64,000 bases of DNA from Eledone cirrhosa (GCA_964016885.1 OZ024743.1:218922001-218986000), one strand, 5' to 3'. Positions 38,258 to 51,397 are shown, counted from the stretch's first letter. Notes: generated by a model from the sequence alone, not told the origin. Program-made: numbers and translations.

Positions 38258-38414
38258 TTTAATTTAATGGAAGCTAGAACTGTCAATTTTAATTTGCTTG
38301 TTAGTTCCAGGAAAATCTAAAAAAAAATCTCTTTATAAAATTTGGCCAGTCAAAGCTAGCGCAAGCAAACCATTTGTACGGTATCAAATTGTTGCATAAT
38401 CGAACATTTTAACT

Positions 38415-38599
38415 TACGAGGCCGGCTCAAAGGTTTATAGGCTGACTATGAAGGAGTGATGCTAGACCTGCAAAATTTTGCATACATTATTTTCAAGTCT
38501 CCTTATAAATAACAGCATTGTTTCTTTCAAAGGACTATGTTGAAAAATAAACCTTATTTGGTAATTCCATGAGTGTGTCTTGGTCAGCCAACCCTCGTA
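38415..38599. mobile_element. Tc1/mariner-type MITE
   Basis: TA-CGAGG...CCTCG-TA ends. Homologous copy at 48159-48360 and a partial copy at ~40180-40350. Confidence 0.75.
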
Positions 38600-38993
38600 A
38601 AAACAGGCAGGGAATTTGCATTTACTATATCACAAAGATGAGGCAGCTCAGTGTAGTTTATGTATTTATGTTATTAATCAAGTGCAGGGTCAATGATTTT
38701 AATCTTAATTCCTCTTATCCTTATAATAAATATCATCACTCTTCACTTTCTTCCACATCCCTTCCCAATACATACTGCCTTCACAGCAACTTTCTGTTTG
38801 CTTCCTAGCAAACTCGGCATACTTTTCCTCCGAAGAAAGATAAATGCCTGAAATGTTAAAATTTTCACCCCACTAACTTTAATATATTTAATAAATGACT
38901 GATGATAAGTTTCAAAAAGCTGGTACAATGCGGTAAGGGCCCAAAAAAACTCCTAGGAGAGCTGGATAGCAGGTCTTCAGAGAAAAAACCTCC

Positions 38994-39180
38994 AGTGGAT
39001 TGGCAGTATCGGTAGAGTGTTGGACGCCATGCTTTAACCCATAGAGTTACGGCCCTTGTCATTCTGAGTTCAAATCCCGCCGAGGATAATTTGCCTTTCA
39101 TCCTTACGGGGTCGATAAAATAAAGTACCAGTAATGCACTGGGTAATTGCTGGCTTTGTGCCAAAGTCGAAACAATTATT
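38994..39180 (+). mobile_element. Meta-like SINE copy
   Basis: Full-length match to the family. Confidence 0.85.
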
Positions 39181-39417
39181 AAAGAGAAAAGGATGACAAA
39201 TAAAACCAAACAAAGTAATGTTTTAACCAGTATATTTCAACATAATATTACAGGGTTATTACCCTATTTTCAAATGTAAAGCAGAAATGGTTCAAAACAA
39301 AAACAAACGATCAATATGTTCTTCCTTCAATGGCCAATGTGTCTGAATATATATCGATTCACATTTGCCAACACAGACCATACTAGTTTCCTTTGAATTC
39401 CCGATATCTATTTAGAT

Positions 39418-39799
39418 CAGTGGTTTTAAAATTTGGTTCTATAACTTATCCTAGGTATCGATTACTAATAACTTCAGAGGTCCTCAACTTTTGCCCCCCC
39501 CCCCCCCCTCACGGTCACGTAATACCCCCAGCACCCCCACCCCTATTTCCAGAGAGACATGTCTACATACAAATTGTAAATGAAATATAATAAAAACGTT
39601 AATTTAAATATAATAAACAATATAATATATACTTCGTATAAATAAATATATTTTTTATTTTACTATATTTATATATATGTATCATTTGATATTTAATATA
39701 CTATTATATCATCTCTACCGTCCCCTTAGGCCGCAGTGCCCCTCCCCTGACCTTCTCAATGCCCCTCGGGGGCGGTAGTTTCCACTTTGAGAACCTCTG
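39418..39799. mobile_element. hAT (Charlie-like) MITE
   Basis: Ends CAGTGGTTTTAAAA / TTTGAGAACCTCTG; degenerate NTCTAGAN-like flanks. Confidence 0.6.
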
Positions 39800-41634
39800 C
39801 TCTACATGATCGTTTGATCTGTTAAAATTAGTAGTTAAATCTGCTTCAAATTACACCTTACTTTCTTAGTAATAGGTAGTATACATAAGATAATGTAGTC
39901 CTGGGTACACTATATCTTGGGAGTGGGAGTCGTTCTTAGCCGGAACAATTTGATCATAGGTTATAGATGTGCTCAAAGTTGACCAACAGTGAGTTAAAAA
40001 CAATAGCAATACGATAGCTGATAATAACTTTCGAAGGGTTTCAATGTCCAAAAGGAAACAAAAAAACAGTTTTGTTTATTTTAATTAATAAATAAGCGTG
40101 GATCTTGGGATTATTCTATGAAATGGAGGTGGGTGAGTTACATAGGAAATATTGGAGAGATGGATAAAATGCCTTTCACTACGAAGGTCAGCTGGATAGT
40201 TCATAGTCTGACTATGAAGGAGTGATGTCAAAGGTAAGTGGAACTCCAGCAACACAAATATAAAAAAACAAGAGCTGTTAAAAGGGTGGATGAACTCCTC
40301 AAAGTCAATGGCCATCCACCCCAACTATGAGTTTAAAAGTTTCACCAACCAAGTGTGGTGAGTACGGCTACACCCTTGACATGACCAAAACCAAACAAAG
40401 CGATGGAGATCAGCCTCGAGGGAATCCTCCAACAAGAGTGAGACGGCTCTGGATTGTATTAGATTAGATTCACACTTTGTAAATGTATGCCTTTGTTCCA
40501 ATGTAAGAAATTATTCTTAGAGAAAATAGAATGGTTAGTTGTGGTATTCATGCATTCCTCATAAGTTATCAATTGCTTAGGTGAATTGAAATGGTTCCAT
40601 CAAAAGTTGGAACTGGGTTAAGCAGCAGATTTGGTTCGTAGAAAACCTATTACAACAACGTTCGTTTTTAATACACAAATTTAGATTGATGAGAAACTTA
40701 TCTTTTATCTCTTTATTTTATTCTTCAATATTGGAAAACTTCGGGGAAATATAAAAAAGAAAAATGAAAAGAGAAACAAAAGGAAGAAAGAACTTTAATA
40801 TAGAAATTATTTTCCTTCAAACTTATTTGTAAAATGTCGAGAGAATAAATGTGTAGCGTCAAATATATAGCTAGTCAACCTTTTACGAGACAAAATAATA
40901 CTTGGAATACATTTAAAAAGAAGAAAAAAATACTCCTGTTTCACACAAAACATTTTTTATAGCCACCATTGCAATACTTTGTCTTTAGTCATAAGACCGA
41001 AGAATTTTCTTTTTAATATAAGAATGTATATAAATAAGAAATTTCCAATTACTTACAGGTGAAATTATTTGCGAACAAGTGTGGAATTTCAGAATAGATT
41101 ACATTGGTCAGACCAGCAACGAGACACGTTGTCTTATACTAAGAAGTTTATTCAGAAATACCAAAGTTACTTGCATGCAACGTGAACAACATAAAGAGAT
41201 ATTCCCCAGATTCCTATAAAAAGAAAACAGATGTATTGAAATAAGATTAGATAATTTTCAATTAAATTATTTTGCCTAATAACTGAATGTAAAATTTTGA
41301 CTATGATTTGAGAGACGAAACTGGGTTTTGTAAATTGTTACGAAGAGATTCAAGTTGTTTCCTGCTAATAACAAAGTAGTATGGTCTTATATATGAAATA
41401 TGGTGAACTTAAAATTGTTCGATCGACTGAGATTATCGATGCAATTACTGGACTAAATCTCCCTCGATGAGTGCTATACATCTAAAAAACAACAAACAAA
41501 TGAGATAACTCTTGTTAGATCAATTAATTGAAGTTTTTGGAAAATGTAGAAAATCCAGTATGAGAGTAAATCGGGTTTTTAAAGCCAACTATTGAACACA
41601 GCGGGCATGTTTTGGTTTTATTATACCTCCATAT

Positions 41635-41687
41635 GTATTAGCTACGGCAGTACATATTCTAAAATTGGAACGATACAGAGAAGATTA
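41635..41687 (+). pseudogene. U6: 3'-truncated (tailless) U6 snRNA retropseudogene
   Basis: GTATTAGCTACGGCAGTACATATTCTAAAATTGGAACGATACAGAGAAGATTA matches roughly U6 nt 1-53, including the ACAGAGA box. ~15-bp TSD ATTATACCTCCA[T/C]AT. Confidence 0.9.
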
Positions 41688-41702
41688 TACCTCCACATAA
41701 GA

Positions 41703-41884
41703 GCGGAGGATTGGCAGAGCATCGGACACCATTCTTTGCAGCATAGAGTTACTTCCCTTTACGATATGAGTTCAAATCCCGTCGATCGTTAAAATAAAAA
41801 AACAGTTACGCACTGGAGTTGATTTAATCGACTTTCCTCTCCCCCCAAAATTGTTGACATTGTGCCTAAACCAGAAACTATTAT
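41703..41884 (+). mobile_element. Diverged SINE copy inserted at the same target site as the U6 fragment
   Basis: Head GGATTGGCAGAG..., GAGTTCAAATCCC, tail TTGTGCCTAAACCAGAAACTATTAT; followed by a third copy of the target, ATTATACTCCACATA. Confidence 0.7.
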
Positions 41885-41929
41885 ACTCCACATAGAATCT
41901 TATTCAAAAGGCTATATGAATATATACTT

Positions 41930-42112
41930 TTAGACTTCCGGCGTTCTTGGCTCTGGACCACATCGCTGGTCACTGTTATCGGAACGGAGTTGGCTGCCTG
42001 CAGGTGCGAGACCCGCAAGCTGGAGTGGCTGCTCCAGCATGTCTCTCTCGCCATTCTCTAGAGCAATATCTTCTCTATCCTGTCGGGCAGGATCACGAGG
42101 CGGACGACATAT
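41930..42112 (+). mobile_element. 3' fragment of a CRE-like RLE retrotransposon
   Basis: TSGVLG...IGTELAACRCETRKLEWLLQHVSLAIL*SNIFSILS, with one frameshift. Confidence 0.65.
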
Positions 42113-42719
42113 TAGGGTAGGAGTAGGGCGGCTGTTTCAAATGAAAGGGTTAATAATGCTGACACACACACACACTATTTTACCATAATTGCTAGATTAA
42201 TTAAATAAATTTTTTTTAGAAAATGGAAAAATGCTAGTAGCATTAGTTCTTGTTGCTATTTAACCCATGGTCAGCCCTGACAGAGCAGACCAATGATTAA
42301 AGGTGTTCAAGCCACGATCATTCCATCCTTTTTCTTTGTCTTTTCGGAAATGCATGCAAAACTGCAAAATCAAATACGCCTCCCACTAGAAAAAAAAACT
42401 AATTTGTGTAATATTAAGGAGATTTGACTGCTATTTGTAGCCGGTCGAATTAGCACGTAATGATTTTACCACTGGCTCGTTAGACAGTAGTAGATGAATT
42501 AAGTTTTTGAATGAATTTCTTTTTAGTCATGGAAAATTGTTCTCAATACAATCAACTGTTAGTCATTATCATGTTCAACACTGTTCATAAAATGTATTGT
42601 AGTCATTATCCTATGGATATAGCACAATACGGTATGTCCCACCACAAATTTTAATACAGATGAAAATAAAGGCAGTGTAATATCAACTTTGTCTGTATGT
42701 CTATGTGTGACGTCCGTAC

Positions 42720-42838
42720 GAGTATCCTCCACCTCCAATTTTCTAAACCTCCGCCTCTTGGTCCCAACCGACAGGATGGAAAATATATTTTCCCGGAGGA
42801 TGGTGAGGGAGACGCGCTGGAACAGCCGCTCCACCTTT
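42720..42838 (-). mobile_element. 3' fragment of a CRE-like RLE retrotransposon
   Basis: KVERLFQRVSLTILRENIFSILSVG within ORF 42559..42852. Confidence 0.62.
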
Positions 42839-43789
42839 GCAAAAAATTCCATAATCCATTCTCTTTTAAGTTGTTAATGTAGAAGCTGTTCTTGCTTCTA
42901 TTTTCCAAATTTCACACAAAATAGTCGGCAGCTGCTCCCAGTGGCCAATGTGAAGTTGACCACTCTGGAAAATATATCCATTCTAGAAAATCCATTTTGT
43001 AACCACTGTTGGGATATTGTCAAAACTTCTCGTGTAACTCTTACAGGACCTTTATGATCACATCTTGAAATGCGTTGGGCGAATTCTCTCGCTACTTCGA
43101 AGGGTTTCAAAGTCTAAGAGTAGACAGATTATTTAAACGGAGAGATATGTATTTTCTTGATTCCTTCGATTATAATACATTTATTATTTAACCTGAACTG
43201 AAGAATACATTGAAATCAAATTCTTTTCAAGGCTTAGTCAGAGAGAGTGGTGGGAGGAAAGAGGGAAGTCATCCGCAAACCGGAGACTTGATCTGAATGT
43301 TTGTAGCAGACTGGGCCCTGCTAAAGATACCCAGAAGATGATAAATCGGGATAAGGAGTAAATCTACAACCCAGATTATACAGAGAGAGAGAGAGGGGGT
43401 GAGAGGAAGAGAGAGGGGGGTGAGAGGAAGAGAGAGAGAGAGAGAGGAATTTGACTCTGGTACGAATTATCTCAGCCAAACTATAAGTTACGATTAATCG
43501 AATTTATGATTCATTGGCAAATTATTCGCTATATTATAAATATTTCTTCCCAGTTATCTCAGCAAATTTTAAAATGCTAATCTCTCTAAATGAACAATTA
43601 TAGAATCAATCCACATAGTAAACATTAGGATTTATTCTATTAGTATTTGTAAAGAACTACAAATGATTATAGCAATTCATCCATACGTTTATTCAATTAC
43701 AGAGTGCAACTAAGACAGGAAGTAATCAATAAACATAGGACATTATGTCTAAACCGGATCAGAAATAACATCTGAAGTCTGAGGCAACT

Positions 43790-43975
43790 AATAATTGTTT
43801 CTACTTTTGGCACAAGGCCAGCAATTAACTAGTACATTACTGGTACTTTATTTTATCGACCCCGTAAGGATGAAAGGCAAAGTTAACCTCGACGGGATTT
43901 GAACTCAGACCGTAAAGGGGCGTAACTATGCTGGAAAGCATGGCGTCCAACTCTCTACCGATACTGCCAATCCAC
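43790..43975 (-). mobile_element. Meta-like SINE copy
   Basis: Full-length match to the family on the minus strand. Confidence 0.85.
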
Positions 43976-45131
43976 TGGTCGTCAGTTGCGGTAAAAATCG
44001 GTTAATGAAACTTATAATTCATTGCAAGTCTGTGTGATGTGAAGAGTGTAGGGAAAATAAAGACGGAGAGGGTAAGGTGAATTCTGATGTGAGGTTTGAC
44101 ATCAGAATTCACTTTTGTTCATACTGGCACACGGATGTATCTTATGTAAGCTCAGGGCTGTATCTAGGAGCGGGAGGAATGCACTGCCGCATTGTAGACC
44201 AAGGCTAGGGCACTGGTACGTAGAGTGGATAAGTCAGAACCCAATGATGAGCCTACCAAACGGCATAGGTTATTCCTCGTGGATACCTTTACACATAAGA
44301 ACTTGAGGTGCCGTCTTTAGGAGAGCTGTCGGTCCAATTTTATTCCGAGGTAAGTCGGTGTGGCGTGTTTTTTTTGTGGGGGTGGGGGTCATCGAGGTTA
44401 ATGGCGAGCTGCCATTGTAGTCGTCTTTACCATGCTCAGCTTCAATCTGAGTGAGTGCTCGGATCTCTGCCCACATGAGAGGGTGGACCTTACGCACACT
44501 ACTCCCACTAACGTGAGCTGGTTGCAGCACCTGATGGATATCACGTGATTGCTACCTCATAAGAAGAAGAATCTTATGTAAGTTAATATACTATCATTGT
44601 ATCTGTGTGAATCTATGTGCGTGAGTATGCGTCTTATTAATTTTGTTGTTTAGCTCCAGTGTGTATGTATTAGTGCACGTGTGCACAACATACTCTGTAA
44701 TGTTTCTTGTCTTATCTAAATCATAAATCGTTTCTTTTTTCTTTATATATGTCCACACTTTGCTGTTTCTTCTAGTCAAAACAGTTTCGTTATATACACA
44801 CCTGTACTGTCTCTTCATTTGTCCTAATCGTAAGATTATATTTGAATATGTACTCTCTTCAATGTTTTCTCTAGTCGAAATACTTCTTTTTATAAACACA
44901 CCTTTAATTTTCCTTGATAACGTGCTCGAGTCGAAATACATCTTTTTAAAAAATCACCTTTAATTTTCCGTGATAACATATTCCGTGGTAACTGTGTCTA
45001 TTTTTCGTTTGTTCTAAGTTATTATATTGTCCCACACATATATTTCTAGTGGCTGATCTTTCAAGCTGTTTTGCATTCTTGAAGTAAAAATACGGTACAA
45101 ACTTTAAGCAGGGAATCGAATTTTCGAGGAG

Positions 45132-45182
45132 AGTGACTGATGAGTACAGTGACTGCCACAGGATCATCGAAATCTTAACACT
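45132..45182 (+). ncRNA. Degenerate hammerhead-like motif
   Basis: agtga CTGATGA g...c GAAA tctta acact; stem I AGTG/CACT, stems II and III poorly paired. Confidence 0.3.
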
Positions 45183-46691
45183 GGTTTACTTACACAGTTC
45201 TCTACAATTTGGTTGGAAGATATTAATCCTGACTGTAACGAACTTAAGTAAAACCCACCTTTGTTGAAATTGCTGTTCTTTGAGTGTTAAATATGCAAGC
45301 TCTCCTCTCCCATTCCCTCCTTCACGCTGTTCTTTGAGTGTTAAATATGCAGGCTCTCTCTGCCCCTCCTCCTCTCTTTTTCCATCCCCTTTCTTCTCCC
45401 GCTCTCACCATGACGAAGCTAAGCTACCAAATAAATATACATACACAAGCTTACACCTATGTCACATTCTTACACAAATCTTCATTTCTATAATCTTTCC
45501 AAAGACTTACATTATTTACTCAACGACATTTTGTAGATATTGACTTGTTACTTATGTAGGTTCCACGCTGTTCTTGTAACGTTCTTTCCAATACAATTAT
45601 CAACGAAACATTAACATATTGTTTTGGACAAAACACGAGCTTAGTCATTCTATCATAATATATGACAAACAATCATTTTGGTTATTTTCGTTGAATATAT
45701 ATACATACATATGTATTTACGCATACATACAGACGTATGCACACATACACCCGTTCCATATCTGTATGTAGATATTTCTTCTTTTGTTTTGTGGGGGGTG
45801 GATGTCCCACAACCGTTGTGTTTTCATCTCGAATAGCCATCCATTGATAACCTCGTGTTTTCTATTGATGCACTGGTGGTGAAGAGTCCTGCCTGATAAA
45901 GCATCCGAAACTATAATGATACCCAAAAAGACAGCTGATGAGCGGTAATTGTCCATGTGCTTGTCTCTTCCGCATTTTCTGTATCCTATATTTCTCCCAC
46001 GTGTTTTTAATTTTATCATTGTAACCACATATCCTATTGTTTAAATCAAACTATCGTTTACTACTGCTATAACATTAGCTCTCTTTCTTTCCTTCTCTCT
46101 CCCTCTCCCTCTCTAACCGTTTATCTATCTAACTATCTTTATTTCTCCCTCTATATCCATCTATATATCTTTTTGTCTCCCCTACGTGTGGGAAGTAACT
46201 GTCTGTACGTTGATTCGTGAGTGTGTGCTTACCTGTATATTTACAAAGTTAAGGGCCGAAACACTTGGTTGAGTGGGGTCTTCATTGAAGACCTTCTGCT
46301 ATCCAGCTCTCCTGGGAGTTTCTTACCTCTTACAATATCATAAAAATTGTATACTTTGTTTATGGACATCCAGTGAAAGAAGCTTAAACTGTTGAAAATA
46401 TTAATTTATTCGAAAATCAAATACATGCCGAACGTTCCCGGTTGCTTTCATTCAGTTTGTGAACCGGAAAATGGACTGTGATGTGGCTTTAGTTTGAGTG
46501 ATTTTATATATATATATATATATATATATACATACATATATATATATATATGTAGAGGTTATATTTAATTTGTTGGAATACAACAAGCAAAATATTTTTA
46601 TAACTGATATAAAGGACTCAACAAATTATTGGAGTAAATATACAATATATTAACAAATGGAAACTATATTTATAAAACCATATTTATTTCA

Positions 46692-46746
46692 TTATACATA
46701 TTTCAAGGGCCACCAGAGCAAACTATGGTGCGCTTTCATCAGATAA
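46692..46746 (-). ncRNA. Degenerate hammerhead-like motif next to a palindrome
   Basis: Minus strand: ttat CTGATGA aagcgCACCA...TGGTGgccctt GAAA tatgta taa. Confidence 0.4.
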
Positions 46747-46767
46747 AATATAATATAGGTTAGTTTT

Positions 46768-46883
46768 ATAAATAAGTATTGACATACCCTTAAAAAATGC
46801 AACTATTCTGGTTGGAATCTCCTGGATAGGAGATTCCAACCAGAATAGTTGCATTTGTTAAGGGTATGTCAATATTTATTTAT
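46768..46883. repeat. Palindrome with 56-bp arms and a 4-nt loop
   Basis: The arms differ at only 2 positions; followed by a (GT)n tract to ~46993. Confidence 0.95.
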
Positions 46884-46891
46884 GTGTGTGT

Positions 46892-46996
<105 letters not shown>

Positions 46997-47916
46997 AGTT
47001 GATCGAAAGATCAGACCAAGGAAAACGTATGTTTCCATTGTTTTGTTATTTTTTTCTATTACTGATTCTCTCTGCTTATTGGAACTACTGATAGAAGCGT
47101 CACGCTTTTCCAATGGCAGGAGGCAGGATTTGAACTCAGAACGTACGAAAGCAGAACAGATGCAGCAAAGCTTCTCGTCCAACTTTTGTATAGTCTACCA
47201 CCCATGAATTGACACTTTATTGACTCCGAATTGAGGAAAAGCTAAGTTGACCTTGGCGGGATTTGAACTCAGATCGCCAATTCACTGCCTGGGTGTTTTG
47301 TTATATATAAATATTTTTAATTTATTCTCATTATTTATTCGATACTAACTCGGATTGTTCCTTCCACCAATAATAGTAGGTGGGATATTTTCTGAAACAC
47401 CCAACCATGCAACTGTAGAATCGCCAAATTATGCCACCTAGCCTGCAAATGCAATTCTGAAGCGATTGTTTGGTTGATATTGTATATGTATTATATGTAT
47501 TATATGTCATTATATTTTTTAATAAGTGTAGGTCTCAAACCCGAAGCTATCTTTTCAGATAAATTCTTCCATTCTTAAACAATATCCCTACTCTCTCTCT
47601 CTCTCTTTGTATATGTGATGAAGAAAGGCAGAGAGAGAGAGAGATAAGTAGAGGGAAAGACAGAAGCATAGAAAGAGAGAGAGTGAGAAAGATAGATAGA
47701 AAGAAAGAAAGAGGGGGTGCGGCATATGAAGTGGTAAGCTACAGGCAAGATGAGATAAGACTATAAAATGGTTTCAATGCTGAATTTTCGGTTCACTTAC
47801 GCCATTAACATCCTGTACAATCGCGTTTCTTATTCTCCCAAAATATAGGATCTTTGTTCAATGTCAAAAGGAAACTTTCCCCCTTTCTCGCTCATTCTAT
47901 CTATCATATCTATTAT

Positions 47917-47998
<82 letters not shown>

Positions 47999-48158
47999 CT
48001 GTCTATTATATGTGTTTGATGTTTTTCCACATACGTATTAATTAGACAAGGCTACAATTCTATAATATCGTGTGATTTCTTAAGGGCGTTCGACAACGTT
48101 TGTGAAATAGATTTTCAAACATGATACAAAAAGTCTTATGATCGAGCTGCTCAATATA

Positions 48159-48360
48159 TACGAGGGTGAGCTGAAACGTTCATAGGCTGACTATGAAGGA
48201 GTGATGCTAGAACTGTGAAATCTTACATGCATTAATTTCAACTATTCTTATTAATAACTGCATTGATTCTTTCCAAGGACTATGTTGAAAAATAAAATTC
48301 ATTTGGTCATTCCATGAAAGTATCTTGGTCCACCCGTGAACCTTTCAGTCGACATTTGTA
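48159..48360. mobile_element. Tc1/mariner-type MITE, same family as 38415-38599
   Basis: TACGAGGGTGAGCTGAAACGTTCATAGG ... GTGAACCTTTCAGTCGACATTTGTA, with shared internal sequence. Confidence 0.75.
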
Positions 48361-48512
48361 AAGGTATATACACGTACGTGTATATGTATGTATGCGAGCG
48401 TGTGTGTGTTCAAATTATCTAATTTGTCAACAGAAGAGGAAGAGAGTGCTGAATACATGTTGTGGAGTATACTATTTATTTAAACTGAATTTCTTTGTCT
48501 TGCGACTCGGGT

Positions 48513-48699
48513 TTCACGCCACTGCGATGTTCAGGCGAAAATTATTTATCTTCTATTATTGCTCATAATATAAGGGCGGTAGAATGGCGGCCAAAGATTT
48601 ACGGCCCTTTGCGTTCTGAGTTCAAATCCCGCCGCGGTTAGCTTTGCATTTCATCCTTTCGAGGTCGATAAAATAAAGTACCAGTAATGCACTGGGTCA
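48513..48699 (+). mobile_element. Meta-like SINE copy (internally deleted, 3'-truncated)
   Basis: GAGTTCAAATCCCGCC...TTTCATCCTTTCGAGGTCGATAAAATAAAGTACCAG. Confidence 0.75.
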
Positions 48700-49315
48700 T
48701 TTTTTTCACATATATATATTTTTTATTTATTTTTTACCATCTTCATTCTAACTTATTTATTATTATTATTTATTATTTTTTATTTTTTTATTTTTCTGCT
48801 CTTCTTTCTTTTCTCTTTTTCTTTCTTTATTACTGATGTTGTTATTTGAATTCTCCTAGTATATTACAAACGCCGTGTATAATTTTTATCAGTTATTCCG
48901 ATGATTTGATTAGGCATGCATGTATTTAAAATTGAGTGACACAACTTCAAATGATTAGCAATTTTTAGACACCCTAATCAATGAAACAATTGTTAATACT
49001 GTAAATAAAACCCTTTTTGTACTGTTAACTATGTTATTCTTCACTCTTTCACTATTAAGATTAACCTGCATAGGAATTCCCGAGAACTCGCCACCTAACT
49101 AAGGAAACCTCTTGTTGAGTCAAGCAACGCCGTACATTAAAACTATCCACAATGCAGAGTACTCACAACCTCTAACTGGATTACCTATAACGATAATTTG
49201 TTATCCCATATATATATATATATATATATAAGAGAAAAATTTGAACAGGGACAAAACAGAGAGGCAGTACAATAAATGTTTATTAATTTCACGCTCAGGT
49301 TTTTTTTAAAATTAG

Positions 49316-49351
49316 ATACTACGTTTCGGGCATAAGCCCTTCCTCAGGTGA
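49316..49351 (-). ncRNA. Minimal hammerhead ribozyme motif
   Basis: tcac CTGAGGA a GGGC-ttat-GCCC GAAACGTA gtat; stem I is weak. Confidence 0.6.
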
Positions 49352-49493
49352 GAAGTGTGTGGGAACAGAGTTCAAAAGGTGTGTAGGGGAGTGGTGGAGA
49401 GACATATAGCGAAGTAGACAGAAATAACAACACAATCGGTATAGTATATGGAAGGAATATATTAGGTTAACGCTTGAAATATCAGGAAGAGGG

Positions 49494-49529
49494 TCTTAAC
49501 GTTTCGAACGCTAATCCTTCATCAGAAGA
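49494..49529 (-). ncRNA. Minimal hammerhead ribozyme motif
   Basis: TCTT CTGATGA a GGA-ttagcg-TTC GAAACGTT AAGA; stem I 4 of 4 paired, palindromic stem III AACGTT. Confidence 0.68.
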
Positions 49530-50192
49530 AAGAATGAGAAATAAAATAGGTTGAAGGGACGGGAGGGATGGAATTGGGGAAAATGTCTTTAGATAAAAAT
49601 AACAAGTCCATTCATGTAAGCGTTTGAGAGTGGAGTGGAGCTGGCGGAGAAAAGATTTGAGATTGGGCATATATACAACTCTTATCGAATCCTTTTTAGA
49701 TTTTGGTCTTTGTATTCGTTTTGCCCTGTTTCGTTCGTTGTCTTGTCCTCTCTTTGTTGATTTTTCTAAGTTTACCATTACTAACCTCGACAGAGGCCAG
49801 TGCAAAGAGGAAGCGATCGGTCAGGCGCCAGTATTTAAATATCTTTTGTTATCTAATATTATTTTGTTAGTTTTGTTATACTATTATTTTGTTATATCGT
49901 AGCTAAAGTCTTTGGTAGTTTTCGATGTTGTTTTCTTATACTATTATCTTAACATGTTTACAATGTTTTTCATTGTGACCTACACCTTTTGCTGTTTATA
50001 TGTCAACGTATCGTCGTTTACTTTTCGTTCTCTTTCTATTTAAATTTTTTTCTTTTCTTTATTTATTATATTCTGTTTTCCGTCAGCTTTTGGTTCATTT
50101 ACTTTATATCCTGTCTATTTGTTTTTCTTATCACTTAAAAATTATAATTCAAACTTTTATTCAAACTTTTATTTTTCTCAAGTTGTTTCCTG

Positions 50193-50232
<40 letters not shown>

Positions 50233-50464
50233 GTTCGATGGCTGGTAGCGACGATGCATCCTGTTTATCTCGCTTTAATTCAGTTGCTGTTGATTCTTTT
50301 GCAAATTGGTTGGTTCGGAAGTTTCCCGTTTTGTTGTAGTTCATTGATTATTAATCACAGTTCGGGGGTTTTTCGTCTTGTTCTCCGTGCCTGTCAGTTT
50401 CTTTCTGTGTAATTTATATATCACACACACACATTATATATATATGTGTGTGTGTATATATATA

Positions 50465-50740
50465 ATGGCTTGGTGGTTAGAGCGTTGTGCTTGCAATTGA
50501 GAGGTTGTTTGTTCGATTCTTGGACCGGGTGATGCATTGTGTCCTTAGGTAAGACACTTTTTACGTTGCTCCAGTTCACTCATCTGTAGAAATGAGTTGT
50601 GACGTCAAAGGTGTCAAGCTGTATCGGCCATCCCTTGGACAACATCGGTGGAATGGAGAGAGGGGAGACTAGTATGCATGAGCGACTGCTGGTCTTCCAC
50701 AAACAAACCTTGTTCAGACTTGTGCCTCATTGGTGACAGA
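50465..50740 (+). mobile_element. CORE-SINE copy
   Basis: TGGCTTGGTGGTTAGAG...GTTCGATTC...GTCCTTAGGTAAGACACTTT...CCAGTTCACTCATCTGTAGAAATGAG. Confidence 0.75.
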
Positions 50741-50754
50741 TGGTGCGGGCGGCC

Positions 50755-50786
<32 letters not shown>

Positions 50787-51151
50787 AATGAAGTATTAGA
50801 AATAGAAGTTAGGAAATCCATCATCAGTTGTCTACTAGGCAACATAGGTACTTCTTCGCATTACAGACAATATACCTCGCCCTAGGGCGATACAATAACT
50901 AAAATAAGTTATTGGGATAAAAAGAGTTGGGTGGAGAAAGAGAAAGACACGAATGGTGAGGGAGGCAACGTAAAGAGGGGAAAAATGAAAAAATCGAGTC
51001 AATAATTCATTTCCAACATAAGAACAGGCAAATATTGACGAGGAGAACAAAGACACATCTTAGCCGTACGGATGAGTGCGACAAAATCGTGTACGGTGTG
51101 GGACGATGGCGGAAGTGAGAGAGAGGGTGAGTAGCAGAGAGTGAATGAGTG

Positions 51152-51206
51152 ATATATATATATATCTATCATATATACACATATATATATATATATATCA
51201 TATAAA

Positions 51207-51243
<37 letters not shown>

Positions 51244-51264
51244 TATATATATATATATATATAT

Positions 51265-51310
<46 letters not shown>

Positions 51311-51331
51311 ATATATATCATACATATATAT

Positions 51332-51373
<42 letters not shown>

Positions 51374-51397
51374 ATATATATCATACATATATATATC

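Larger units (their letters stand above)
49231..49850 (-). mobile_element. Penelope-like element remnant (pLTR with two hammerhead motifs)
   Basis: Two tandem minimal hammerheads, an AATAAA-containing end abutting (TA)n, and a possible decayed ORF end (...IFI*) upstream. The upstream boundary is uncertain. Confidence 0.55.

Noticed and set aside
44115-44545. GC-richer island with short ORFs
   Set aside because: Probably a decayed TE fragment, but no motif could be recognised to support a call.
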